DNA of 64,000 nucleotides, taken from NCBI GenBank assembly GCA_028534125.1, contig CM052817.1, forward strand, positions 43,712,001 to 43,776,000. Direction: 5' to 3'. The stretch's first letter is position 1, and each line of letters opens with the position of its first letter. The position numbers and the translations under genes were made by a program. Source of the DNA: Lama glama (Eukaryota). Of the stretch, positions 23,605 through 37,185 are shown one piece after another. Under the pieces are notes generated by a model. It was given only the letters and a program-made list of their open reading frames with translations, did not search any database and was not told the origin of the DNA.

Positions 23605-26405
23605 AAGTGTTCTCTTAGGAGAGGTTTTTAAATATGGTTTCAACTTCTTTAACAAATACAGGACTGTCCAGATTTGTGGTTCCTTCTCATGCCAGTACCA
23701 GTATTTGTACCTTCAAGGGATTGTCCGTGCCATCTAAGCTTTACTGCACAATTTGTTTTGTCAAAATACTTCCTATTTCTAATATGAATTCTTCTTTGGC
23801 CATGGATTATTTAGAAATGTGTCATTAAATTTACCAACATTTGGTAGTATTCTAGATATCTTGTATTAATCATGTCTAATCTAATTCTATTGTGGCCAGC
23901 AGATACACTTTGTATAATTTCAATTCTTTGAAATTTATTGAAGCTTGTTTCATGGCTCAACACATTGTTTATTTTGATGAATATTCTATATGCACTTTGA
24001 AAGAATGTATATTTCACAGTTATTGGGTATAATATTCTGTATATGTTAATAAGGTTAAATTCATTAACAGTGTTATCCAAATATTCTGTGTCTTTACTCA
24101 ATTTTTTTGGTCATATCCTATCAATTACTAAGAGTAAGATGTTAAAATCACCCAATATTATCGAAGATTAAATAAAATTGTTGATTTATCTATTTTTCCT
24201 TTCAGTTCTGATAGTTTATGCTTCTTGTATTTAGAAGCTATATTAAGAGCTACATGTATATTTAGGATTATTATTATTTCCCAAGGAATTGATCCTTTTA
24301 TCATTATAAAATATTCCCCTTTATCTCTAGTTATACTTTTTGTTTTAAAATCTAGGTTTCTTTATATTTGCTTTATATAGCTAATAGTCTTTTAAAGATG
24401 CTTTTAAAAATAGTTTTTAAGTATATTTACTCATACCTCTGTCCTGTCCAGTGTTCTTCATTTCTTCCTACATATCTGAGTCTCACCTACAATCATTTCC
24501 CCTCAGAATTCCTTAAAGAACGCCTTTAGAATTTATTGAAGTGCTGTCCTGCTGTTAAATCCTTAGTTCTGTTTGTTTGGAGATACCTATTTTAACTTAA
24601 TTGCTCTAAAGATCACTTCACTGGGTACAGAATTGCAGATTGGCAGGGGTTTTTTTGTTTGTTTGTTTGTTTTTTTGTTTTTTTAGCACTTTAAAGATAC
24701 CATTTAATTGTCATCCAGTTTCCATTGTTCTTGAAAGGAAGTCTGATGTGATTCTTGGTGATATTTTTCTGAACGTGATGTTTCCCTTTCTGATTGTTTT
24801 AAGATTTTCTCTTTATATTGGTTTCTAGCAGTTTGACTGTGATGCAACTTTTCCTTACATACACTTCTCCAAATTTGGGTTTCACTGAGTTTTTTTTAAT
24901 CTAAAGATTGATGTCATTTAGCAGTTTTTAAAAATTCTTGTCTTGCATTGTCGCTGGTGAGACCTCTACATAGATATATTATCTTTTCCTTCTGTATGTA
25001 ATGCATATTTTTTGCTCTAGCTGCTTTTAAGATTCTATCTATCTTTTGTTATTCAGCAACTTAATCATAATATCCTTTGGTGCCATTTTTAATCCTCTTT
25101 AGGGCTCCTTATGTTGACTGGATATGTGATTTCTAGTTTACTTCAAATTCGGGAAATTTTAAAAAATTATTTCTTGAAATAATTTTTCTATCTCCTCCTT
25201 CTGGACTCTAAGTAGATGTTAGACTTTTTCTTTTTGTTTTGCAGGTAAATGATGCTTTGTTAATTTTTTGTATCTTTTTTATCCTCTGTACTGTATTTTG
25301 AGTAGTTTCTACTGCTAAGACTTCATTTTTTCCCTATCTTCTTTTGAATGATTTCTTATCTACTGTTAATCTCATCTACTGCATCTTCTTTACTTTAGAG
25401 ATCATGTTTTTCAGCTCCAGATTTCCTTTCAATCTCTATATGTATATATGTTCTAGTTTCTTCCTCATTATGTCATGTTTTCCTTCAAATCCTTGAGAGT
25501 ACTGATAATGCCTGTGTTAAAGCTGATGATCGTGAATTCCATTATCTCTATCATTTCTTGCTTTATTACTGTTGAATGATTTTCCTTCTGGTTATAGGTC
25601 ACATTTCACTGCTTCTTCGTATATGTAATATGTAATACTTTTGACTGGATTTTAGACACTGAATTTGTTAATTATCTAGATTTTCTATCTAGTATTGAAA
25701 TTTGTTGCACCATTTCATTAAGTTACTGCAAGTTAAGCTACTTGAAGATCAGCTGGATCATTCTGAGGCTTGTCTTTAAACTTTTTAAAGATAAGTCTAG
25801 AGTAATCTTTATTCTGGGGCTTCTTTAGCCATACTACTAATGCATGATCCTCTGGGTTTTCTATAATATGGCAGGAATTCAACAAGTTTTCTCCATTCTG
25901 GATGATGGAGATTCAAAGGTATCCACAAAATATTAACTCTGAAATTTGTTTAGTTTACAGTTCCCTTATTGTTTTTATTTGGACTTGTATCAGTATTTCA
26001 CAAACGCATAGGATAACATTCAGCAACTAATTCAAAGGGACCCTATATATATGTATAGGGCTTTTTGTTAGGTAACACTCTTTTCTCCACTGTTCTGTCC
26101 CACAAGTTCCAGCCACCTCAGCTTCCTCTCAGCTCCAAACTCACCCCCCTCAGTTCAGTGAGACCACGATGTTCTGCTTGGATTCTCCTTCCTTACATTA
26201 TGGTCTAGAAAAGACTTCCAAGTACTATCCGGGTCGTCGTAGGGCTCAGCCTGTGTGTTTCCCTTCTCTTAGGGGTCACATTCTTGAACTGCCTATTGTG
26301 CAATGCCTAACAACTGTTTCATGTATTTTGTTGAGTTTTTCAGCTATTTATGGTGGGAAAGAAAGTCTGGTACCAGTCACTCTACCATGTCCAGAAATGG
26401 AAGTC
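23605..26405 (-). mobile_element. Old L1M 5' half (5'UTR, ORF1, ORF2 endonuclease), degraded
   Basis: ORF 23811-24101 resembles the L1 endonuclease (NLINIYRILYP..YTFFQSAY..KFQRIEIIQS..HNRIRL). T-rich antisense ORF1 follows; the 5' end is near 26405. Confidence 0.85.
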
Positions 26406-28171
26406 TATATTACCTTTTATAAAGGAAACTTCCAGTGTTAAAAAGTAACATAAATAAAATCTCCTGGAAGGAGTCAAAGAAATTCTGTCAATAATTCTTT
26501 GGGGTTTGAATTTTGGATTTTTGGGTTTTTGCTTGTTTTTCTTGCTAAGTTACTTTGCTTAGTTACCTAGATTTTTATACTCACTTAGATTCTACTGTTG
26601 CCTTTCTCTGGTCTAAAACGTTTATACCTATCTCATTTCTATTTACCTAAAAATCTTCTGAGTAGAATTAGACCATTTTTTAACACTACAGCATTGATTT
26701 ACAGTGATAGGTTCACGATCGTCTCCTATGAAATTGTTCACTGCGGATGCTGGCTTTTGTTTATCAAATGGTAGAGTCATAAGAGGCCTTTCAGAGTATT
26801 TGTCCCAATCTTCTAATTTTACTTGTAAGGAAATTGTGTTCTAGAAAATAGAAAAGTTCAGTAACCAACCCAAAATTATCTAGCAGTGGTTGGCAAGATT
26901 AGGACCAGAGTTCTTATTTCCCTGGCTAAATTCAATTTTTGTTTTGTGTTTGTTTGTATATGTGTTATTTTATTTAATAACACTGTCTTCCTCATCAGAA
27001 ATGGAATTTCTGTAAAGAGGCTTTCCCATTCACTCCATTTATTAATAAGATTAATACCAATAAAAACAAAATTGATTTTTCCAATTTTTTTCATTATTTA
27101 CAACTTCTGACATCTTTATATTGTTGCTAACATCTTTTTTTGTGTTTTATAAGTCAAGGGAAGCCTTCTGCCAGCTTAATCATCATACTCCTCCTGCTGG
27201 AAATAATATCTAACTACAGGCAATAAGAAGGCATTCAGACAGGGAAGGAAGTTTGTGCTAGCTGCTCAGGTGGCAGAAAGGTAAGTACAAAAGAGAGTGA
27301 GAAGACAAGACTGCATATAGAAAACATTCAGAGCACAACATGTAACTCTACTTTTCATCTCTAAAGTCAAAAATCTTTGCTGCTCTCCTGTAGCATGTAT
27401 AAGGTATGTGACCCTGAGTCAAAAAATACTTATAGAATATTATTGAAGATGAGAAACCTGTGTGGCACCTGTGTTGCTAGCAATGTCTTATCATACTGCA
27501 GAACAACCTGTGAAGAAAACAGATGAGAGCAATAGTGCTGACTGCCACATCACAGCAAGTAATGTCTAACAGCAGCTTTGTAGAAGTTTCCCTCTGAATC
27601 AGGACCTTGCCCAAGTGCTGATGCTGCCTACTGTGCAGCTCTCCAGCTGACTCGGTTCCTCCTACTGGCTGTTAACACCCAGTCAGTCTGCATCTGTGTA
27701 AATTTTTTCCTTAACCCTCTGTGCAGACAGCATAACCTATTTTCAAGTCATAAGGAGAAAAATAAATAAATTCCAAAAGAATTCAAAATGCACTAATTTC
27801 CATTACATTAATGATTAGCATTTTAAAAAATCAATAACTAGCAAGAAATGATTAAAGGCCTCTGTTTATACATCTTCATCATCTTGGGTGCAATGTTGCT
27901 GTTAACAAGGCTTTAAAATGGTCCTCAATAGTTTACAAGATTAGATGGAAAAGAGTAAATATTTTATTAATTCTCCCAGAGTTATTGACTATCTTTTCCC
28001 TCCTCCCCTCATAATAGATGGCATTATGAACAAGATATATCAAAAACTGTATATCCATTTCTAGTAATATGTCCCAGACTTTCTTAGCTCATGCAAAAGG
28101 TAAAGATATAGTCCCTTATTTTGTGTTATTGTGATCTAACTAGACTTTAATGAGTTAGGGGAAAAGAACCC

Positions 28172-28406
28172 AGCTAACATTACTAAGCACTTACTCTAAG
28201 CCAGGCACTGTGCTAAACATTTCTACTTCCATTATCTTATTTAATCCTCAAGAAGCCTATGAATTACATACTATTATTACCCCTATTTCTTTAATGTGGA
28301 AATCAAGGCTTGCGGACGGTAAATAACCTGCCTGAAATTATAGAGCTAGAAGGTAAGTGCTACAAGGCTGGTTTCAACCCTACAATCTGTGCTTTTAACC
28401 ACTCTG
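28172..28406 (-). mobile_element. MIR SINE
   Basis: AGCACTTACTCTAAGCCAGGCACTGTGCTAAAC..TTTAATCCTCA..TATTATTACCCC..CTTTTAACCACT. Confidence 0.85.
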
Positions 28407-28821
28407 TTCCCTACTCTCGTGCTTTTAGAAAAGAACCTACTGTACTTGCTTCATGTAAAGACAAGCTTGTTTGTGTCAAGCCATTTAGGTGGCTTTTGAG
28501 ATCCGAGATAGGAAACAGATAAAGCACCACAATGGATAACAGATAGGGTTGTGTTCAGTTTCCTGCACATTGGCTGCTATTAAAACCTTTCTTTCATACA
28601 GAAAGAAATATATTTGAATGCAAACAGTAGAGGATGATGGTATTTAAGAGAAATCGTAGGATGTTTTTTAGTTTACCATAAAAGTCAATCACTGCAAATT
28701 TCAATATTTTACGTATTTTAATTACAAATTATTTAGGATGTTTGAGAATTATAGTACATCACAGTTTCAAGAGAGCTGAGAACACCAACCTAAAGAATTA
28801 CCAAATACCATATAAACAATT

Positions 28822-29010
28822 ACAGCATTTTGATGTCAGGAGTCATAGGTTCTAATACCAATAAGTATATAAATGACCTTGACCTTATCTGTAATATTAG
28901 GATGATAATGACAATAGTACTGAACTCACATAGTTGATGCCTGGACTAAAAAGACAATCAATGTGAGTACCTCACACTTGAAAAGCACTCAGACAGAGAT
29001 GGCTATTGTT
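28822..29010 (+). mobile_element. MIR SINE (degraded)
   Basis: TGACCTTG..CTTATCTGTAATATTAGGATGATAATGACAATAGTAC..CTCACATAGTTG. Confidence 0.6.
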
Positions 29011-29419
29011 GAATTTACCCAGATCACTAGTCCAGGTGAACAGTTCTGCAGCCCAAAATGTGAAAACCTCAAATGGGACTTATGCATGTTAACCAATCCC
29101 ACTAGAGTTTTGTGTATTAGGGCTATAGTTATGGTGTGTACTTGATTTGTTTTCTACAATTGTGAAGATGCTTTGGGGTTCTCCACGATTTGTCTCTTCT
29201 ATTACTCCCACCAGTTAGATACCCATGGAACTGAATAACTGTGAGTATTCAGCAAATATAATATGACTGGAAAGAAAGAAAGAGGACGTTTCTTCCAAGT
29301 AAGTGACCTTGGCAAAGAAAACGACCCCATTCATTAATTCTGAAGGAAAAACAGTATAAAAAATTGGAGAAACAGTGACTGTGATACAATATGTTTTTCA
29401 GTATCAAAGAAGCTCCTAC

Positions 29420-29600
29420 TGGAATCTTGAATCTACCACTTAATCATTTGTAACTCTTAGACTAGCTACTTAAACTGTTTCTTCAAATATTAAATGGGAT
29501 GAAAAATACTTGGTAGGGCTGTTGTAACACACAGATGATGTTTTAAGTAGGTCAAAAACAGTGCCTCAGACATAACAGGAATGGAATAAATATAGGCAGA
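29420..29600 (+). mobile_element. MIR SINE (degraded)
   Basis: CTACCACTTAATCATTTGTAACTCTTAG..TTAAATGGGATGA..TAGGGCTGTTGTAA. Confidence 0.55.
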
Positions 29601-31659
29601 AATTCTATGTAATATATCTCTTACTAATACAGTGCTGATTTTGCCAATAATATTGATGATGACAATAGTTATAATGATCTGGTTTACAGTCTCTGAAACA
29701 GAAAGTTCCTTGTGTTCCTAATATTCCTATCTAACATAGAGCAGTTCAGATGAGCATTCATGAAGACGTTTTATAAGTTAGACTTACACAGTGTGAACAT
29801 TTCACTAACAGAGAGAAAGCAGTCTACCTGGTATTATTGTAAGCTAACTTCTGTATTCTTAACTACAAACCTGGAACATAGATCTGTTACTGGCAGAACT
29901 TGCTACTAAAAAGAAATTTTTTAGTTAAATCTACCCCATCCCTGACTGTCATTCAAACCCACAATCTGCTTGGTTTATCTTGGAACACCAGTGTCTTGTC
30001 TTTGCCATCTGACTTTCTGTTGCATCACTGTTCTTTCTTTAGTAAGATGGTCTGCCACCAAGTTTAATATAACTGAATGGACTTGTGGCTATCAAGTAAG
30101 CACATTAAAAATATACCCAAAGCCTTCTGGGACTATCTGACACTGGTCATTAAATAATTATCCTGCAGCTCACAGTCCCCTGAAATAGCACTTTGTATCA
30201 TATTACCTGAAGGGATTAAAAGAAAACCGTATATCAGAACACAGTTCAGACATACAAAGACAGAAGATCTCTGCAGTTTTAAATGACTGAAAACTCTCTC
30301 AAACAAAACTAAAGGAGATCAAAGTTTTGGCCCAGTAATTTTGAATATCAGATGAAATGCCCCAGTTGGGTTAGCTTGATTATTCTTCTTTAGCCTGATT
30401 GTTTCTCTCTATCACCTTGTGCCATTAATGGAGAAATTAATCTTTGAAGTTCTAGTGGCTCAGCATTTTCAATTATTCATTCCAGTTAAGGAATTTTCTT
30501 TTTTAAGAAAAGCTCAGTGTTCTTACTTACGATAAGCCTACCAGCAGACACCTGAACTGCTACCCAAAAAAAAAATCTCCCCCAGAGAAATTTTTCTGAG
30601 GATTTAAAAATCCATTCTACTGCTTCCTTCCTTCCTTAAAGTCCAAATTCATAATCAGCTTAAAGCATAAAAGTTGTCTAATAAGCATTTAAAAAATTTT
30701 GTCCTAGAGTATTTTCAGAAAGAAACAGGGGAGGAATGTGGAAGAACAGATACCACAGTCTTTTAAAGACTAGTTCTATTATAAGCACTACAACCTAAAA
30801 TATACTACTGACACCTTGGTCCTAATTTATTGCCTGGCTAGACCTTAGGAATATATCAAACTCTTCTAGTTTAAAAATAAAGCAAAACCTAAAAAATGCC
30901 TGTTCCTAGCATCTCCTTCCCTGCTCCAGTGTGACCCTTCCTTGTTTTTACTGAATAATTTCCTCTGTCAATTGTCATCTACCTTGAACAGGAGTCCTGT
31001 GAACCTATTGTCTCTCTTTATGAAACAGGCTCTCGATGTCTAAGAAGAGTTTTAGAGGAAACATTACAGAGCATGACTCCAGAAAAGCTCTGTTAACTTC
31101 GGCAGGACAGGTTGCATTGTTTTTCTCCCCTGTAAACTGCATGCTCAGCCTTCCTTTTAAGGAGCTGTGCATTTGCTAAATGAAGAGAAGATCGCAGCTT
31201 CCCTTATGCTATTCTTTATTCCTTCAAAATTTGTGTTGCTTCTAAGCAGTTTCATGCTAAAATGAGATCATTCAAACATGGCATTAGTCTAATTTTTAAA
31301 AACCTTTGTTTTGGTGAATAATTATGGATTCAAGCTGTTTTGTTACTGTGCCAAAATATATTTTGGAAAAAGTCTCTGATAATTGATACTTCACAAATTT
31401 TTCCCTTATAAAGCTCCAAACTTGCCTAGTTTCTTACAGACTCCAAAACTGTGAACATACTCTTTCACTTACTGTTCATTTGAGCTGGCAGCATGGTGTC
31501 AAGGAATTCTATCTCCAGAGATGAGAGAATTCTCAGAATTCTCATATCTCCAGGTCTGAAAAGAAATGAGTTGCTAGAATTTTTTCATTCAACTCAATTT
31601 TACACTTGCATTAATAATATTTATAAAGTCACTTCTCGTTCAGTCCCAAATCAAATGTC

Positions 31660-31890
31660 ACCAAGCCACAGAGCTTTCCTTAGCCCTCCTCTCTAGACTG
31701 TCCCCATCCCATTCCTCCATTATGTTACCCTCCCGCTCTCCTGCACAGCACTCATCACAACATGTAAGTGCTGCCATTTGTTTACTGAATGCCTTCAAAC
31801 TTACTAGAGTGTAAACTCCTGAGAGCAAGTGACTTGTTACCGTCTTCATTTCTGGGTCCCCAGAGCCTAGCATTGGACTGAATGAATGAG
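31660..31890 (+). mobile_element. L2 LINE 3' end
   Basis: CTAGAGTGTAAACTCCTGAGAGCAAGTGAC..CCCCAGAGCCTAGCA..TGAATGAATGA. Confidence 0.8.
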
Positions 31891-32027
31891 AAAATGAACT
31901 AAAATTTCCTGCCACCTGATTAATCCCTTTGACCTGAGCCGTTCTTCTGGATGCTCTTCTCTATCCCCCGGCCCCCTCCACCAAAATACAGCCAACGTGC
32001 TTCTATTTCTTCTTCCAAAAGTCTATT

Positions 32028-32062
32028 CACAACATTGTGAATCAACTATACTTCAGTTTAAA
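32028..32062 (+). mobile_element. Minimal L1 3' tail
   Basis: CACAACATTGTGAATCAACTATACTTCA matches the terminal ~30 nt of the other young L1 copies; no clear TSD. Confidence 0.6.
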
Positions 32063-32171
32063 TTTTTTTTAAAGAATTTATTGTTTTTTCCCTGATTACT
32101 CAGCGAATACATACTTGTTGAAGAAAATCTGGGGGTGAAACCTAAATTATATGAAAAATAATTAAAATCAC

Positions 32172-32272
32172 AAGGGTTGACCAATCATTTCAGTTTATCC
32201 AAGAACTGAGGGGATTTTCAGGACGTGGAAGAAAAGAAAGTCCAGAGCAAGCCAGGATGAGTTGGTTACCTT
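32172..32272. mobile_element. hAT-Blackjack MITE (MER81-like)
   Basis: Imperfect terminal inverted repeats AAGGGTTGACCAATC / GAGTTGGTTACCTT; internal GAACTGAGGGGGATTTTCAGGAC..AAAGTCCAGAGCAAGCCAGGATGAG. Confidence 0.7.
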
Positions 32273-32485
32273 CCACCTCACCTCTCACTAAGTAGTAATT
32301 ACTAATAATTTACTCTATTTTCATCCATTACTTTATGCATATTATAGTTAATTGGGATTTCATTATATAGATAATTTTGAATTCAGATCTTTCCAATTAA
32401 TTTTATACATAAGCAATTTCCCACATGATTAAAATTCTTTCTTAATATCATTTAAAAAACTGCTTAATATCAAATCCTATACTGA

Positions 32486-32705
32486 AGAGGCAGTGTAATA
32501 CGACACTAAAGACTAGAGATTCAGGAGCCAGACTGCCTGGGTCCAAGCTCCAGCTCTGCCTTGGGCATTTTACTTGTCCACTCTGAGCCTTAGTTTCCTC
32601 ATCTGTAACACAGGAATCAAGAAAGCACACACCTTACAGAGCTGTTGTGAGGATTACATGGGTTTATATTTGAATGTTGTGAGCACTGATTATGTGGCTA
32701 TTTTT
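32486..32705 (+). mobile_element. MIR SINE
   Basis: GGAGCCAGACTGCCTGGGTCCAAGCTCCAGCTCTGCC..CTCTGAGCCTTAGTTTCCTCATCTGTAA..GTTGTGAGGATTA. Confidence 0.9.
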
Positions 32706-32869
32706 CTTAATAGATTATGATGTGCTATAATAGAATGTTCACACTACTCAAATGTCAGCCCCTGCTTCCTCCTTTTATTTTTCAGAGACCTTACTCCCAA
32801 GTAAGCCTTTGTATTCCTTAACTCCACCTGCGCATGTTTGTCCCAGAGGATCCAACCAATACAGAAACG

Positions 32870-33510
32870 CTGCTAATTTGATAGGAGAAACAAATGACAT
32901 TTCATTACTTTAGTTGCATCTCTTTGATTACAGACACAATTGAACATTTATTCATCTTTATTAGGCTCTGAAATGTCCTCTTTTCTGAATTGACTATTTG
33001 TGTTCTTTGCTCATTTTTCCTCTTGCATCATAGTGTTTTCCTACTTGTTTGTGTAAGTTCTTTATATATAAAAGACATTAGCCCTATGTTATTATTGGTT
33101 TTTGATGTACAGAAGTTCTACATTGTTATATAGCCACATTATGATAAATTACTTTATAATTTTTATCTTTGCTTTAATGCCAAGAGAGTACATTCCCTTC
33201 CAGAAATCAGCCACTCAGTTTCTGCTTATTTATTGTTCATATGTAGTCCACATGGAATGAACGGTCACATATGGTATGAGGTGAAAATCGAATTTTTCTG
33301 ACTATAAAGTTATGTCTCCTCAGACCATTTAATGGACAATCTTACCTCTTCTGATTGATTTGTCATGTCATCCAGTATCATTTAACATTTTATACATGCT
33401 AGATTCTTTCCCTGTTACATAAATATATTTGTCTTCTTCCTGTACACTATATATGCTAAACTTCTGTGGATTTATAATCTGTTTTAATATCTGCTATGTT
33501 GAATCTCAAT
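32870..33510 (-). mobile_element. Old L1ME-like ORF2 3' fragment
   Basis: TTAGTTGCATCTCTTTGATTAC..TTGAACATTT..TCTTTGCTCATTTTTC..GGTATGAGGTG (antisense L1 motifs). Confidence 0.65.
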
Positions 33511-35089
33511 CAATAAATTTCCTAGGCTTTTATACTTTTTCCAAAGTGCAGTTATGGCACTTGAGATTGTGTCTAGACAGAGTCTCTTTCTCCTACTGTC
33601 CCCAGATTGGAAAATCTGTCATTGCTGAGGTTGATAATGATGGTAATAATAAAGAGAATTCTCATAAAGCCTCTACATAAAGGAGGGAAAACTAATTTGC
33701 GAAGCAGAGTTGTTTAAAACAGGGCACAGATGTGACCAGAATGCCCTCTTCAGCTTGTGTAGGAGCCTGTCAGCTTTATCCTATTTTCTACTGCAGAGCA
33801 AACCAAGAGCCTAAGGCCCAGAATGTGACAGTGACATCACAGGACCTACCAGTGGTGTGTTTTATAGTGGTATGAAGGAAAGAGAAATGTATTTACCCAG
33901 CTACTGTGTCACCAACAGCATCATCTGTTCTTGGATGAGGGAGCTGGTCAATAACTATGGACAGACAGAAAGTCAAATGCAAAGGGAGGCTCATAGACAA
34001 GACTTATTTAGTCACTTCTGTTGACTCTACCACCATTTTTTCCACAATCCTGGTCAAACTGAGTTCAGACGAAGGGAGGCAATGACAAGGGAGCAGTAGG
34101 GCAGTGGTATGCCAGCCAGCAGCAGCTGGAGGATTCCCACTTGATCACCCCCAGGATAAAGAAAAGAGAAAGAAAAAAAGAAAGAAAAGAAGGTATAAGC
34201 AATTGAAAGGACTGTAAAATTCCTTTGTAACAACAATGACCTAATAACTGCAATTGTGTGAATATGTTTAGTTGTGAGAATTTCATTTAGGGTATACTTA
34301 ACCCTTTGTGTTACAAGAGGGAATGGTTGCAACAGGATTTCTCTTTCCCTCCATGGCAAGTGAGAGAAGACCTTTTCCTTCCTTCCTCCCTCCCTCCTTT
34401 CATTCTCCTCTCTTCTCTTCTCTTCCTATTGCTCTTGTACCTTTTAAGTGAGTTCCAATTCACTCAGATGTATTAATATGAAAGGGCAAACAACTCTTTA
34501 ATGAACAGTAAAGCCAACAAGAGCAAGAATAAACATGCAGCTGAGGCTTGTAAAGTGAAATAGAATTCATCTGAAGATTTTGCGGGATGAAGGTTTCTCC
34601 TTAACCAGCAATTTTTTACCCTACATGAAGCAGCCACAATTTTAAAAGGTGAATGTGAAGAGAGATCTTATGAGAAAGAAACGCTTGCCTGCCCTGGTCA
34701 GGGAGCTGCCAGCACCCGGAGAGGCTGTTAAGGGTTGGCAGGCTGCGGTGGGGTTGGGCTAGGAAGCCATTTCCTGAACCAGTCCCTTCAGGGAGGTAGC
34801 TAAGCTCCACACTGGATGACGAGTTTTAAGGGTCTTCTGTGTTTATAGTGAAAAGTAATCTGACTGTGAAAGGCATCTTGCAGGTGGCACGTTTTTAATC
34901 ACACCAGGAAACTAGTTCAAGTCCTTGAAACAAAGAGGCATCACCGCACTCCGACTGAATGATAAAATGCAGAGCAAAGAAAAAATCACCTAAAAACAAC
35001 TACAATTACATATATTACTTGCAATAATGAAGGGAAAGTGGTCCCAGGTAAAGGCAGTGTTTCTGAAAATGTAAATCATGGCATCCTAG

Positions 35090-35330
35090 AAGAGGCAGAC
35101 TAGTGTGGCAGTCCAGGGCATGGATCTCGTGGTCAAACAGACCCAGATCTGAATCTGTGTTACTTTAGGGATCTGGGACAATGGATTTCTTCATCCGTGA
35201 AATGGAACAGTTAGTATTTCTTACTCACAGGCTTGTTGTAAAAATTAAATGAGATTGGCATGCCAAGTGCTTAGCCCAGAAGCTGGCATGTTGTAAGTAC
35301 TCAATAAGTGATAGCCATGACCATTACTCT
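35090..35330 (+). mobile_element. MIR SINE
   Basis: TTTCTTCATCCGTGAAATGG..GGCTTGTTGTAAAAATTAAATGAGAT..GTGCTTAGCCCAGAAGCTGGCA..TACTCAATAAGTG. Confidence 0.85.
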
Positions 35331-36479
35331 TGATATTTCTCATCATCATCCTAGCAGGAGAAAAGAGCTAGATAGGTCTTCTAGTCCATCCCTCTGCTTC
35401 TTGTTTGGATCACATTTAAATATTTACAGAGAACAAAATGAGTCCCTCTCCCACTTTTAAGGGTACTTAAGAAAAAGGATAATACATGATTTCCTATAGG
35501 AATTCTTTTTCGCTCAGAAATATTTTCTAATTTTTCTAAAAACTACTCATGTTGCAACATAAGCCTATTTGTTCTTTGCCATATTTACTGAGGATGGAGG
35601 AAGTTTATCACCCTCTTTAGTAATCCTGTAGATGCTGTACTCAAAGGAAATTACAACTTGGCCCTCCTCTTCCTTTCTCACTCCCCTGACCTCACCCCAA
35701 GCACACAGCTAATTACTCCACCACTTTCACTTCTCTGAGAGGAAATAAAGAAAATAATAATCTTCCTACGGTTGGGTTATAACTCACAGGATGAAAATCA
35801 CTAATTCTAAACACTAGACAGTGATTCTCAGAGGTGTTTTGTGATTTATCAAGGAATTTCTCCATACCAGGAAGAAGAACAGCAAACCCGAGCAACTGAG
35901 ATAAGATAGTGGATCATATGGAGCAACATCAGGTAATCGGAAGGGAGCTGAGTTAACGATGAGGAGTAACAAGGATCTGTACAGAGGAAAGGCAGGTAGT
36001 TTCTAACCAAGAGCTTGGTTTGTTAGAGGGTCAGTTTCATGTCAGTGAAACAAACATATTTATCTTCTCTTCCTCTTGTGATTGTATTAAAATGCCAGAA
36101 ACAGAATATTAAAAAAAAGGAAGGACTCCATTTGAACAATATATTAGAGCAACTTCTGGAAAACTGAGAGCTGATAAAGAAGTGTTTACTGATGAAGCAA
36201 CAAGGTAGAAACCTCAGGGGAGGGAGAGAAAGACAGAGGGAGGGAGAGGGAGGGAGAGAGAGAGAGGATGTGTGTACATTTAAGTATTGGGAATGGGGCG
36301 GGGAATACAACCAAGGAGAGAAACAACCTGAAAGGTCCAAGAGAGGCTCAGGACACAGACACACCAGGTACAACAAATGGTGGCATGGAGCTGTGGGCTA
36401 ACGACAGAGGAACTGATCAAAATGTGTTTTCATGAAAGTTCACCTCTTCAGCTCTCTTCAACAATTTGTCATGTCTATC

Positions 36480-37185
36480 TTAAAGAAAATATAGAGGGTT
36501 CTTTTCTGAAGAAATTGAATAAGATCAATACAAGAGACCCAACATCAATTAATAGGAATTCCAGGAAGGAAGAACAGAAAAAATTAATAAATAAAAATAG
36601 AAATAAAGACATTTTCAAATAAATAAGAAAAATTTCTACAGATGAAGGCTGTATGTCTCCATATTAAGGAATTGCCCAATACAATGAGTGAAAAAAGACC
36701 TATATCCATACAGATAATTGTATACATGAAGAATAAAAAGAAGATCCTAAAATCTTCCCTAAAAACAAAGCTGCTCACCTACAAAACAATGCTATTGAAA
36801 ATAGCACTGGGCTTCTTAATAACAAACAATAAGTATTGGCAAAAAACGTGGAGAAATTGAACCCTCATACGCTGCTGGTGAGAACATAAAATGATGTAGC
36901 CACTTTGAAAAACAGGTTGGCAACTCCTTAAAAAGTTAAGTCTAGAGACACTCTATGACCCAGTAATTCCACTCTAAGTATAACCCAAGAGAAGCAAAAA
37001 GATATGTCCCCACAAAAACTTGCACAAGAACATTCATAGCAACATAATAGCTTAATAGTGCAAACTACCCAAATGTCCACAAGCTGATAAATGGACAACT
37101 AAAATGTGGTGTACCCATACAACAGAATATCATTAGGTAACAGAAGAAATGAAGTACTGATATATGTTACAACATATAGAACCTG
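36480..37185 (+). mobile_element. Old L1 fragments (ORF1-like piece joined to an ORF2 3'/3'UTR piece)
   Basis: AAGAATAAAAAGAAGATCCTAAAATCTTCC (ORF1-like), then AAGTATTGGCAAAAAACGTGGAGAAATTGAACCCTCATAC..ATGACCCAGTAATTCCACTC. Confidence 0.75.

Noticed and set aside
31504..31553. GAATTCT three times and TATCTCCAG twice in 50 bp
   Set aside because: Most likely local slippage duplication; too short and irregular to be an array.
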